Source of the DNA: Tubulanus polymorphus
Taxonomy: Eukaryota; Animalia; Nemertea
Length of the DNA stretch: 64,000 bases
Assembly (NCBI RefSeq): GCF_964204645.1
Contig: NC_134034.1
Coordinates: 1,240,001-1,304,000 of the forward strand
Direction of reading: 5' to 3'
This document shows positions 13,035 through 25,800 of this stretch, piece by piece. The translations under genes and the position numbers were made by a program. The first letter of the stretch is position 1; each line of letters starts with the position of its first letter. The notes under the pieces are model-generated. The model was not told the DNA's origin and made no database searches. It saw only the letters and a program-made list of their open reading frames with translations.

Positions 13035-13868
13035 CTTGCAGGGTATTTTGTGAATTCTCGCTTCGCTCCTGAAACTCGACCAGTTATTGAGCGCTATTGA
13101 CGCCTAATGTGACTGGTTTAGCGGTGGTGGCCGTTTTTATACTTTACTAGTAATTTATTTCGGGCAAGTTTAGGCCAGCCAAACTATTCCTGGTCGAACG
13201 CGTTCAATTCTAGGAATTCGTTGTTTTCGAAACAACAAATATAAGTCCCCGACGTATGGGTTAGTGAAATTGTTCTTAAGGGCATGACCGTGAAGTGATT
13301 TTGGATATTTTCTCATAACTTATAGATTCACGCAAACGTCTAGAATATGACACACTCGGGAATAGTAAAATCAATCACTAATATATTGTCAATGTTTTTC
13401 AAAGTCGATGACTAAACGAAACCCAAAGTTGATAATACATACGTTTATTCTAAAAGCAAACTTAAATTTATCATTGAACACAAATGAACCGACGAAATGA
13501 AATTATTCCTTTTTTGAAATTAGTTAAGACTAGTAGTGCGTGTAGTCGGACGTGTATTACTCGTAAACAAAGAACCCGCAATATTTTTGACTGAATCGTT
13601 ATGAAAATAAAGCCTATTTTCTGAAAAATGTTCCCCTTCGCATCGTCATAGATTGATTCCACATTTACAAAATTCCAATGGCAATACAAAATGATTAACA
13701 TTTTGAATAAACTCTGATGATGGAAAGACTAAGAGAACAACAATTTCTTCAACGACGAGAGGAGTAAGGTTAACTGTTTATTTGAGACGACGATCTGGGT
13801 TCTATCTCGTGCGTCAGATAGATTGTTAAAGCGTAAAGTACGTCAGGTCTCGCTGATACAGTGGAAGG

Positions 13869-13869
<1 letters not shown>

Positions 13870-13913
<44 letters not shown>

Positions 13914-13917
13914 TAAT
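13870..13917. repeat. (ATA)n microsatellite
   Basis: Direct reading. Confidence 0.95.
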
Positions 13918-14493
13918 ATTCATGATAGTAATTATCACATCCTTTCTCTGTATCTCTACGAATATTTCTTTTAACGTATTTATCGCTTTTTGTTTTGTTT
14001 ACGGAAAGACAATGTTTTATTTCGATATGAAAATCGTGATTGGTTGACGTTATTTGACTTTATGTTCTGTTTATAAGTGACACGCACAATATGTTCAATA
14101 TGATCAACGCTTATTACTTATCACGAAATCCATGGAATTCATGAAGTTCAAGGTGAACTTGGCTTGGATTTTTATGTTTCAATTTTGTTTTCTTTTACGA
14201 TTAACATAAGATATCATTTTCTTATGCATGAACGTACATGAAATAGCGCAGCTCCACAGCGCTGCAAAAGAATATAGCTTGTTTCTAGGTGGCATTATGT
14301 GTGAATCGGTCAGGCGATTCACAACAGTGTCTGATACAAGCATTGTATTGCTTCGTTAAACCGAGTCGAAAGTTCATGTAGATCGACAAGACCGGACGGG
14401 TCGTTGCCAATGTGAGCATTTACATGTACTTTGTAGGAAAACAGTTCAATAGACTTTCTATTCAATTCGGATCTCTTCGGACACGATTTGTCA

Positions 14494-14537
14494 CAATTAA
14501 TAATTCAAGATCGGACACGATCTTGAATTATTAATTG
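14494..14537. other. Perfect hairpin, 20-bp stem / 4-nt loop
   Basis: caattaataattcaagatcg-gaca-cgatcttgaattattaattg. Confidence 0.95.
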
Positions 14538-14987
14538 GATATAGGCTAGGGGCTCATAAAGCGATGATTACAATATGATAGGCTGCTACGGTAAAAAATT
14601 CCACCTCAAATACTTTTTGAAAGGAGACCCTCATTTCGTTCGAAGCTATCGGACGCATCGCTCTCCTAGAAAAATGGTTCCGCAAAACTCGTTCTAATTC
14701 CTAACCTATAACCAACGACGAAAAAACATTTATGAGATGCAAAATATATTTGAATATATTTCGAAACACAAATCTTATAGATCATCATGAATAAGGGGCG
14801 GGGTTTTATTCGAGACGTTATATGCTAATTATACAGAAAAATGATTGACACATGCACACTAGTTCAAAAATCTTTTTTTTCAACGGTCGAAGTTAAGTTA
14901 GATTTCTTTTATCGAATGACGATGTCGTTCTGATATTGCTAAGTCTCTGTGCTGGATGGTCGGTGTGTCGGCGGTGAGCTGCTCTTT

Positions 14988-17900
14988 CTAGTTGGAAACG
15001 ACATAGTTTTGTTGGTTGAAGCGACTTTCGGCTAAAACTTTGTCTATGAATTGCGACCATTTCGTCTGCCAAAGTCTAAACGCCTTGACCTTCTCTTCAT
15101 CGCTCATTGCGCTGTATCTGCGCACGTTTGAAAAAAAGAGAAATTTCAAATGATCTATATACCATTGGTACGTATATAAATGGTGGATGAATGATGATAA
15201 AATTTATCAAAAAATCGAGTAAATTAAATTTCATTTGATAATCTGGTAATATTTACTTTATCGAATTGATGGCTAGTTGTTTTAACAATCTGAGGTCGTC
15301 CTCGGCAGACGCGAAGCCCATGAACGCCATGTAGAAGTCGTGAGATAGCGGTAAAGCTCCCCAGATCGGTGGATCATCAGAAGACACGACCACCGGGTAA
15401 TCGGTGCTGAATAAAGCCGAGGCCGGATGATTCCTTAAATCATCTACCAGTTTTAACACCTACAATATATCAAAATTCAGACATTTACTGGACTCAGTGC
15501 GTCACAAATGCGTCCGGGGCTCTGATTCATTTACAGGTTCAAGTTTAAAACCAAAGTTTTGAAGAGGAACCGCTTTAACCAGATCTACGTAGATCAGCAA
15601 ACGGGAAAAAATTTGGGTACTTTGTAAGTTAACTAGATATCATTTGAAATACTCTCTCACACTCCATCTCTCTCTACCTCTCCAACTCTCCCCACCTCTC
15701 TCTCTACCTCTCCCCACCTCTCTCACCTGATTAGACACCGGATTTAACTCGACCGCGATCGGTTTTTCTCGAATCGATTTCGCGACGAACGGATGTTTAA
15801 GTATGGCGAACCCGTGACCAACACGTGACGTATTTAACAATACAGCGTCAACCATATTATCATCGACATCCTCCCCGTTCCAATCTGAAATAAAACAGTA
15901 TCATTGGTGATGTCATAGGGGGATTCATGGAGGCAGATATCTTTTCTAGAAGGATCTATAGATTAAATCAAATTTGATGTCATAAGGGGATTATGGAGAC
16001 GATCTGTTAAAGAAGGGTCTATTTGATGATGTCATAGGGAGAAGGTATCTAGATTACTGGTCTCGCCGGCGTGATAGAAGTACGGTAGATCGACTGGTGG
16101 GTTCATCTGCGACGGTAATAACAGATCATCGAGAAAATAGAGCAGCGAATGTCCGGGGTCCTCCTGACCGACCAAGTCAAATCCGGCGTAGAACGACGGG
16201 TATTTCTGACGGAATTGGATCGCCTCTTTCACCCGGTCACCGATCAGCGACGCGTTTTGAGCTCTGCAATTTCAAAAATAACGAGAAAAATAATTTATAT
16301 GCAAATCAATAATCTTTATCATTCGCGTGTCGGCACGTGACTGCTACGTACCGAATCGCCGAGCCGATGACCTTGAACCCGACGAAATCGTTCGGGTAAT
16401 TTTTTACGAACTCCTGAGTGGCTGATCGTAAAATGTCCAACGATTCCTCGCGACTGTTCAACGAACCGTCGATGTTATAAGTCTGGAAATTTAAAAGAAG
16501 TCATATTTCTAGAGTCCAGAGAACTAAGCGAACAATAGTGTCGTCGAGGAGCCGTGTTAATTTAGAAGCCTAGATTGCACGTTCGTGTCTTGATAAGTCA
16601 TCTTTAGATTGGTTTCAAAGCTGTTAGATTGTTAGCCATGGCTTTTGGGGTCAGTTGCACAGTCGTGACTTAAGTCCAATAGTGGTCTTTATCTTAAGAC
16701 TGGTCTTAAGTTGTTAGATTAGCTGTAGAACTAAGTTGGTCTTAGCCAGGTCTTAAGTCTAAGCCATGACTATGCAACCAGTCCCTGGGGTCAGTTGCAC
16801 AGTCGTGACTTAAGTCCAATAGTGGTCTTAAATATAAAGACAGGTCTTAAGTTGTTAGATTGGCTATAGAACTAAGTTGGTCTTAGCCAGGTCTTAAGTC
16901 TAAGCCATGACTATGCAACCAGTCCCTGGGGTCAGTTGCACAGTCGTCACTTAAGTCCAATAGTGGTCTTAAATATTAAGACTGGTCTTAAGTTGTTAGA
17001 TTAGCTGTAGAACTAAGTTGGTCTTAGCCAGGTCTTAAGTCTAAGCCATGACTATGCAACCAGTCCCTGGGGTCAGTTGCACAGTCGTGACTTAAGTCCA
17101 ATAGTGGTCTTAAATATTAAGACAGGTCTTAAGTTGTTAGATTGGCTATAGAACTAAGTTGGTCTTAGCCAGGTCTTAAGTCTAAGCCATGACTATGCAA
17201 CCAGTCCCTGGGGTCAGTTGCACAGTCGTGACTTAAGTCCAATAGTGGTCTTAAATCTTAAGACTGGTCTTAAGTTGTTAGATTGGCTATAGAACTAAGT
17301 TGGTCTTAAGTTGTTAGATCGGCTATAGAACTAAGATGGTCTTAGACTGGTCTTAAGTTGTTAGATTTGCTATAGAACTAAGTTGGTCTTAGCCAGGTCT
17401 TAAGTCTAAGCCATGACTATGCAACCAGTCCCTGGGGTCAGTTGCACAGTCGTGACTTAAGTCCAATAGTGGTCTTAAATCTTAAGACTGGTCTTAAGTT
17501 GTTAGATTGGCTATAGAACTAAGTTGGTCTTAGCCAGGTCTTAAGTCTAAGCCATGACTATGCAACCAGTCCCTGGTGTAAAGCGCCAGTATAACGTAAG
17601 GACATCAGGAGTGTAGGAGAACTGATTTTATTAGAAATTAGAAGCTTTATCTACTGAGCTATTTTAAAGTTTTAGACAAAAGTTTTATTTCTCCATCGGC
17701 TCATTTACCCGATGAAGCTACTAAATATCCATTTTAACTGCAAAACTCTTGATAATAATATAAAGAATAAGTTAACCTACACAACTAGCCTAACTGTTCA
17801 TCGAGTTTATCAAGAAAACTGAACAGTTTTTACGTGAAGATTTTACCGGGGTTAAAAGGCATCTCGCTTCGACGTACTGCACATTGTCCTCCACGGCTGA

Positions 17901-20900
17901 CTTGAAAGCCGCCTCCAGATATTTCGCCATCAACGGTTTGTAATGTACCAATCCACCAATCGATAGAAACACGTTTAAAAATCGCTTCCAGACGGCGTTT
18001 ATCGTCGGGTACAGTTTCTGCGGGTTGGGCGTCTCCATACTCATTTTCTTATACAACCTGACAGTTATTTAATTCAGAAGAAAAGAATAAATATAGCCGC
18101 AAAGCAGCGATAACGGGTTTTCTGTACAGCCACGTGATGTTAATGAAAAACAAGGAGAAAAGAATAAATATAGCTGTAAAGCAACGATAACGGGTTTTCT
18201 GTACAGCCGCGTGATGTTAATGAAAAACAAGGAGAAATGAATAAATATAGCCGCAAAGCAGCGATAACGGGTTTTCTGTACAGCCGCGTGATGCTAATGA
18301 AAAATAAGGGAATTATAGAAGTTTTCGGGATTCGAACTTGATGTGCCACCAAATTGTCTTATACTACCTATTACTTAATTAATTCATTGATTCAGAGAAA
18401 AGAAGTAAAGACCTATTTCGTGAAAAAGGAAAATTAAGTAATTAATTGATTGGATTATAAGTGATTTATTTCTAATCACAGAAAGTTAGCCTGTTGTGGC
18501 AGGTGCGCGATAACGTTGTATCTTCTTTATTGAAAAAATAAAGATATTTTTTACCTCAAAAAATTATCGCATCCTGTTTAAACTATGACTACAAAATTTA
18601 CAATAATTTTTAACAGATATCATTGATACGAAAGACAAATAACATTTCAGTTTAAAACAGATTAAAACGGTATTATTGTTTGCATTTCCTGTCACGTGAT
18701 GTCTCGACACCGTCGCGAAAATGATGAATCGCGCGAAATTTAGGATAGCGCGCTCAAAATCTTAACACCGGGTTTGACCCTAATCTCGCTCGTATGTAAC
18801 GCTAATCCGTGACCATCAGACGAACATTCTGACCAAGTGAATAAACAAGTTTGTTTGGTCAAGTCTAGTGACCTTTTAGCTGTGACGATCGGTCATACTC
18901 TGACTCTACAATGGTTTCTTATTATGCCTCATTTTGTTGTCAGAAATTTCCAAGGAGGACATTATTGTTCCCAGAAATTAAAATCACCTGCTTAAATCAT
19001 TCGTTACACCGAAATATCGTCGTATCTATAGGTCTATTGTTTAATACCTCACCACTAGCAGAATTCATTCAAAAACTGTGACGAGGATTTACAAAAAGAG
19101 CACATTTCCCCAATAGTTATCCTAAACCTAGCAGGACTCGAACCTGACACCATGAGCATGCCAGCCGACAACGCTAACCCCCAGACCATAGGCCAGTAGT
19201 GCTTGAAACAGTTTGTAAGTTAATCTGGACAGTGTGGTGACTGGTGACCAGTCGGGTGTTAGACCGTGTGGTAACTGGTGACCAATCAGGGTGCAGTAAA
19301 TAGTGACCAATCACCATTCCCCGAGTTTATTAGGCCCCACTTTGCCGGAAGTTTTCAAGAACATCTTTGTTCTCAAAATATTAGAATTACCTACGAGATT
19401 TAAAACCGTGTAGTTGTAACAACTATTTCTATGTATCGTAATAAAGCATAAGATTTCCCGTATGACTTCCCCGAAACATTGATAGCTAACTCCATAGCCT
19501 TAATTAGATAAATTCCAGCGGTTTTCAATTATTTTACTAATTAAATCTGTCACAAGTTGATGACTCACATATTGTCGAACGCCTCCGGAGAGGCGGCCTC
19601 GTCACGAGCTTTCATTACATTCCTCCAACTGCATTCTGTAAAATCATAAACACCATACTTAAAAAAATTCATCTGAATTAGAGCTATACATTTCATGATC
19701 GTGAACACTGCAGACTTGTTACTGTAATTCAATTTACGGATCCCGTTTCACGGAACATTTCACGATTTATTTCATGTATAATTAATTTCAATATCATATC
19801 GCGGAAAAAATTTTTTTTCATGGGGATCTCTGCATCAGACTGTAGGATAATTCTAATACCCGTCTATAAAACCAGGCCCAGTTTAAGGATTTATCCATAG
19901 GGATAACTTTGATACCCGGTCTATAAAACCAGGTCCAGGTTAAGGATTTATCCCTAGGGATAACTTTGATACCCAGTCTATAAAACCAGGCCCAGGTTAA
20001 GGATTTATCCCTAGGGATAACTTTGATACCCAGTCTATAAAACCAGGTTCAGGATAAGGATTTATCCATAGTGATAATTTTGATATCCAGTCTATAAAAC
20101 CAGGCCTAGGTAAAGGATTTATCCCCTAGGGATAACTTTGATACCCGGTCTATAAAATAATCATTCATTCTGTTTCTATAGCATTGACACAATTTGTCAA
20201 ATATCACGATATTTGTCCATTATGTCATGATCGTTATCGGAAAAAGCTCTCTGAAAAGTGGAGTCCATTTTATCAACTGATTTTCGCAGACGGCAGCGCA
20301 CGGTTCGTTTGTTGTTGGCGTCGAATGAAAGATACGTTATCTTTCATTCATTTTATTAAAACCTAATCTTTATGACCCGTTTTGATAAAGGCTTAGATCA
20401 TTTACATGTTGTTTCGGCGATAACGACAGAAGGTCACGTTTCGGACTCTCTCTTGTCAGGCGTGGTGTTGTTTTGAAATTTTTTGAAATTTTTCGATATT
20501 TTCTTTTCTTTAAATAAAACATTCGTTCTTACCAGGTTTAGCGGGCAGTTTATTCATGTATTTAAACTGTAAGGTGCCGTCATTAGTAAAACACATGTAA
20601 ACATCAGGTGAGTATGTGGCCAGCTTAATTAGCTCGTGGAAGTCTAGCATCGATGAATCGTGGGCGTGCAGAATGGCTCCTTAAAAAGAGAGATAAAGAG
20701 TGGAGAGAGCAGAGGGAGATGAGAGAGAGAGATGGGAAGAGAGATGGAGAGGGGAATGAAGAGAGGGGAAGAGAGAGGTGAAATCTGGGGGATTGCAGTG
20801 ATTCCTTAATTCAAAAAATTCAAAAAGTTAAAAATCAGTGAAATTTGAATGAATTGAAGCCAGATGAATAACGGCCGTGATTGTGATGGAATTTTGTGTA

Positions 20901-21399
20901 AAATATTTTGAAATGGAATGAAAAGTTTACTTTTATCAGATTGTATGAATATTTACAAATATCTTCCAAATGAATTTACCTTTTTATCAATCTTTCATTT
21001 GGAATTGTAATCAAGTCTCTTTTTATCATAAAACAAGACATAAATAAAAATGAGTCCCTTACCTTTCGGCATGATTTTGATGATTTTAAAAACGGCACTT
21101 TTTTCAATATCGTCTCGAGCCAAGAAAAAATGTCTGGACGGCGGGAATTTGCCGTCTGTCAGACCCTGCGCGATCTCGCTACGTTTGGCATCCATCAGTA
21201 TTTTATTCACGGACGCTTCGGCCGCGTTCAGTTTCAATTTAGCCCCGATCCTAGTCGAGAATTCCTCGTTGAAGACGGCCTTACGCCGGGCCAGGTAGTC
21301 GACTCGACTCAGGGATAGGCCCGGGTTCGGTAGGCTCAGTATTAGTAAGAGAAATACCCACGATGAAATCATTGTGGCTGTAGATCCTAGGTTGTTCAT
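14988..21399 (-). CDS. ADA2: Adenosine deaminase 2 (CECR1/ADGF family), copy 1, 529 aa, 9 exons
   Basis: Exons 21399-21063, 20679-20533, 19635-19569, 18057-17847, 16482-16352, 16263-16058, 15884-15727, 15459-15257, 15117-14988 (1590 nt). Signal peptide, [42 protein letters not shown]: all metal/catalytic motifs intact. Confidence 0.95.
15900..16050. repeat. ~79-bp satellite remnants in ADA2 copy-1 intron 6
   Basis: tgatgtcatagggggattcatggaggcagatatc units. Confidence 0.8.
16647..17575. mobile_element. Head-to-tail tandem array of six ~141-bp Harbinger-like MITE units
   Basis: Unit boundaries at 16785, 16926, 17067, 17208, 17432 read ...caaccagtcc-ctg-gggtcagttg...; a solo reverse copy with CTG TSD lies at 40568-40693. 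Confidence 0.85.
18085..18310. repeat. ~73-bp tandem repeat (3 units; 2 units at the paralogous site 51410-51560)
   Basis: ataaatatagccgcaaagcagcgataacgggttttctgtacagcc units. Confidence 0.85.
19125..19320 (-). mobile_element. tRNA-derived SINE-like repeat (other copies 50808-50980 and 58465-58615)
   Basis: A-box-like tggtctggggg/tggtctagtgg plus B-box ggttcgagtcctgctagg, and a shared upstream gtcaccacactgtcc...acaaacttac leader. Confidence 0.6.
19860..20155. repeat. 60-bp satellite (reverse complement of the 39830-40300 array), ~5 units; absent from ADA2 copy 2
   Basis: ctataaaaccaggcccaggttaaggatttatccctagggataactttgataccca units. Confidence 0.9.
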
Positions 21400-21846
21400 G
21401 ATGACGGAGCGACTCTCGTCGTATAGACTGCGTTAACTCACTCAGTGATCGAACTCTTACTGATAAGACCTCGCGCGCGCGATGCAGACAGGCAACAGTC
21501 AGTGAGATCGAGTGCGATTGATGTCGTGAACCCATTAACCCACGTGTGACCCGGCTGCAACAACCATAGGAAGGGCGAAGACACATAATATTAAAGAGTA
21601 TGTACAATCGAAGTCACGATTTCTACTTAAATATTTCAAGATGGTGAACATGAAGCGCAATGAATACTTACTGGAAATCGTGCGCTGCCAACGACATCGT
21701 CACGAGCAGGTTGGTCCAAATCAGGTGGGTGTTGTTCGGGGGGGGGGGGGAGGGGACGTTACCAAAGAGAACTCGAAATTCTCACAGGAGTTTTCACTCA
21801 TTGCCGCATCGGTGATGTGCCGGCCCATAAATTTCAGGACGTAAGT
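21400..21846. promoter_or_regulatory. Probable bidirectional promoter ADA2(copy 1)/SCAP; candidate SCAP non-coding exon ending at 21840
   Basis: ADA2 ATG at 21399 (-); strong donor GTAAGT at 21841; SCAP acceptor at 22730-22731 upstream of ATG 22804; CACGTG at 21541. Confidence 0.5.
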
Positions 21847-22349
21847 AAGTTTAAAGCCTACTCTATACGGAATTTAAAAGATTAGAAACCATTTAAAACA
21901 TTTAAAAGATAATTTTGAGTATGTGTTTTACTATAAGTTGGCGATAAGCGTTCACAGTTAATCTGTGCCGGTGCACCTTCCCCGGTCGGGCGACTAGGGG
22001 ACAATAAAACGATTCGAATTTGAATTTAACTTCAAATTTGAATTTGACTTTGCGGCCGTACTCTGGATTATTGCCAACAGTCGTAACCCCCCTAAAATAC
22101 TTCCGGGTTGAGAAATTAGAGCGAAAAACCGATTTTAAAGTTCACCGGAGGCTGATAGCGAACCCGGTAGACATTAAAAATGTTTTCCAGTGAATGGAAT
22201 TTGTGATAACGTTCGATAACTCGGGAATCGGGATTTAGAATCGCTGGAATATGAGTTAAAACAGTCCGGGGTAAGTGAAACATCCAGAACAATTACAAAC
22301 TGAAATTGTGCCGTGGCCTGTGGGATTGGTCTAGGTTTAAAAACTGGAG

Positions 22350-22672
22350 ATCTGGATCCAGAACTGTGGAACTGGATCATGAACTGTGAAACTGAATCCA
22401 GAATTGTGGAACTGAGCCCGCCCCGCAGAACTGGAATTTGGTCCTGACTTCAACTGGATCCAGAACTGTGGAACTGGGTTCAGAACTGTGGAACTGGGTT
22501 CAGAACTGTGGAACTGAATCCAGAACTGTGGAACTGGGTTCAGAACTGTGGAACTCGGTTCAGAACTGTGGAACTCGGTTCAGAACTGTGGAACTGAATC
22601 CAGAACTGTGGAACTCGGTTCAGAACTGTGGAACTGGGTTCACAACTGTGGAACTGGATCCAGAACTGTAGT
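22350..22672. repeat. 20-bp minisatellite (cagaactgtggaactgggtt)
   Basis: Tandem units; same family at 30460-30700, 31855-32150, 35030-35130 and 36010-37215. Confidence 0.92.
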
Positions 22673-22803
22673 ATTGGACCTGGGATGTGTTTATTCGATT
22701 CAATGATATAAATCTTTTCATTTTTTTGCAGGTAATAATGTTGCAGTGACTAGCAGCCCCTCTCACCCCCTCACCCCCTCAGCTTGGCGTTTGTTTCAGT
22801 GAA

Positions 22804-25800
22804 ATGAAGAAGTTTAGAGAAAAGATCGCTCAGTTATATTACACACACGGTTTAATCTGTGCCAGTCATCCTTATTCAATCATTACATGGGTTTTAGTTG
22901 TTGTATTCATTGCCTGGTGAGTATTCTAATAAAATCCTCCATAAATCCCCCTATGACATCACCAAATTACCTTCTAGCAGTTTGATGACGATGTCATAAG
23001 GGGATTTATGGAGGCAGATTTCACTTCTAGGAGTGTCTCAAAATCAAATTATCATTAGACAACTTGATGATGTCATAAGGGGATTTATGGAGGCAGACAT
23101 CTTTTCTAGAAGTGTCTATATATCAAATCACTAAACAATTTGATGATGTCATAGGGGGATTCATGGAGGCAGACATCTTTTCTAGAAGTGTCTGTAGATC
23201 AAATCACTAAACAATTTGATGATGTCATAGGGGGATTTATGGAGGCAGACATATTTTCTAGAAGTGTCTGTAGATCAAATCACTAAACAATTTGATGATG
23301 TCATAGTGGAATTTATGGAGGCAGACATCTTTTCTAGAAGTGTCTGTAAATCAAATCACTAAACAATTTGATGATGTCATAGGGGGATTTAAATCTGTTT
23401 TTTAGTTATCCGTTACGGTATTTGCCGTTGCCCGGCAATGCCCCGTTACAATATAAAACGCCGGTGACCGGGTATAAGATACCGCAGCCTCCGACGGTGC
23501 CGCCCCGGGTCGACGCGGATGTCTCCAACCTCGACGAGACCGGACAACCGTTATGGGTAAATATCGTTTTGCCTGGGCAGAATGTGTATTCTATGATAAA
23601 TTACACATCTGTAAATTCGTAATCATACGTAATTCATGATAAATTACGTGTAATTCATGATAAATTACATGTAATTTTTACATAGATTACTTCCATTGAT
23701 TCGTCTATTGGTAATTGAATGTAATTTATTTACTTAATCGCACGGTTTTCCCACCAGGAGGCGTTTTACAAAAAAATAACTTAAATTTTTGTTTCCTGCA
23801 GTATGTACACGCGCCGCTCAGCTACATCCAACAGATCGAATTCAAGATGGCCGTGTCGCCGTGGCACCCGTACGACCTGATACCGACAGACGCGTTTCGT
23901 GCTCCGCTGATGAAAGTGTTCGATATCGTCAACGCTGTCAACGAAGTCCAGTTTGTCGCTAACGGGTAACACTAAAAATAGGACGCACATTTTTCGAATT
24001 AATAAGTCAACTGAGTATTGAATTCAGAAAAATCGTTTTTATAGAAATATGGTGGTAAAATTTGAGAATTTTTGTTTAATTTCTAGAAGTGTCGATGGTA
24101 AAATGTTGGGTATTTCTGATTTGTGCTTCCGCGTTGAGGAGACTCTTCCCGAATCCGGAGTTAAAGATGTTTTACCGGAATACGACTGTTTGATCGTGTC
24201 ACCGGCCGGTCTGTGGCAGAGGAACCGACAGACGTACGTTAGGTTTAAATCTAGATCAACTTATCCTGGTCTTATCTTAAGATTAAACTCCCTCCCTCCC
24301 TACCACTAAAATGAACATATCCTGGTCTCACCTTAATTTTCAACTTTGGAATTGGACCAATATCAGCTTATCCTGATCTTATCTTCAGTTTCAACTCCCT
24401 CCCTACCACTAAAATGAACTTATCCTGGTCTTGTGGAGTTGAACTGAATTCATCTTAGCCCAGTCCTATCTTCATTGATCTCTTCAGAATTGGCCTGGTC
24501 TTACGTGTCTGAAGGGTTTACCGTGGGACTGAACTTTAAAAACAGCTGATTATAAGGCATATCTTAACCCTTTCAGTGCGTCTACAGTGATGGATTTTGC
24601 TAGTACATCGCACTGCGGTGTATTGATGTAATTAGTAATCATCTCTATTGAAAGATGGCAGCACCTGTCAAACATAGTGAAATACTAGCAACTAACGATA
24701 CACCGTGCAGCGGTGTAGACTCACTATAGTGGTATTCCCGTTATTCAACACACTAGGGTGGAATTTTTCAAAATTTTCAAATTATCTTCAGCCCTATAGG
24801 GTATTAATTAGTCAGCACTGAAAGGGTTAATCAGCTATTGAAGTTAACTCGGTCGCCGTCTGGTCTAATCGTTATATTTACGCTCTCAGTTTTCAGTTTG
24901 ACGGTGAGATTTTAAAGACGATCTCTCGCGCCGTTTGGACGTCGTTGAACAGTTGCCCGTTGTTGAAAGACGTCGTATTCGGTGTGCCGTGGAAGAACAC
25001 CGGTGTGCCGCGATATTTCCTACGCAATCGACAACGAATTATCAATTTCGCGGTGACCCTCGTTCTGAAAACGTACGACCCTCGGTGAGTAGCTCGACTC
25101 GGAATAAATTTTCCTCGCTTCTATCAATCTTAGGATAGCCATGATTACGATTACGATTTTATTTACACTCCAACCATTTCCATGGTATATGGAGGAAAAC
25201 TATTACACATGTATATACAAGTATTTACAAAACAACACTGAAGTGATTAAAATTTAGAGAATTAAAACGTAACAAAATATATATACATCAACTATTTACA
25301 ATACTATATATACTATTGGAGGGATCTATATACATCTAAGCTGGTCTTAATGAATGCGGTGACCAAGGCGCCATCTATCAATTGTGCGGTGAACTATGTC
25401 AAATATTGGTGTCTTCGACGGTGTAAGGGTTAAAAAGTGTATCACAGTAAATCTTGGCCTCGAAATTTTTGCCAATGGGACTCTTGATTCTGGACCTGAT
25501 CGAAAAATCGTGAATAGAATTATTGGTAATTTCGACGACGTTCTCGTTCGTTATTTCAGATTTCAAGAAGCGCTACGGGAGAAATTAACGGCAGATGGAG
25601 TTTACTCGTTGGAGTCGGTCGATAATAAAACGGCGGACGACGATATCGTTCACGTTTACTATAAAGATATCAACTATTTCGTCGAATATACTCTGTTACT
25701 AGTCACGTATCTCGTACTGTTCTTATACATCTATTTCTCAGTTCGTAAGTATTCGAAAAATGTTCTTTTGAGAATTTTTTCTCTCTTCGTTTTCTTAAAT

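Noticed and set aside
19950-19965. I-SceI-like site TAGGGATAAC in the 60-bp satellite
   Set aside because: Only the first 10 of 18 bases match; it is part of an internal palindrome.
21050-21318. Conserved antisense ORFs over ADA2 exon 1 (and 49689-49955; likewise over the nested genes)
   Set aside because: Their conservation is explained by duplication of the sense gene.
22760-22782. SRE-like TCACCCC pair in the SCAP 5' UTR exon
   Set aside because: Poor match to ATCACCCCAC; low-complexity C-rich sequence.
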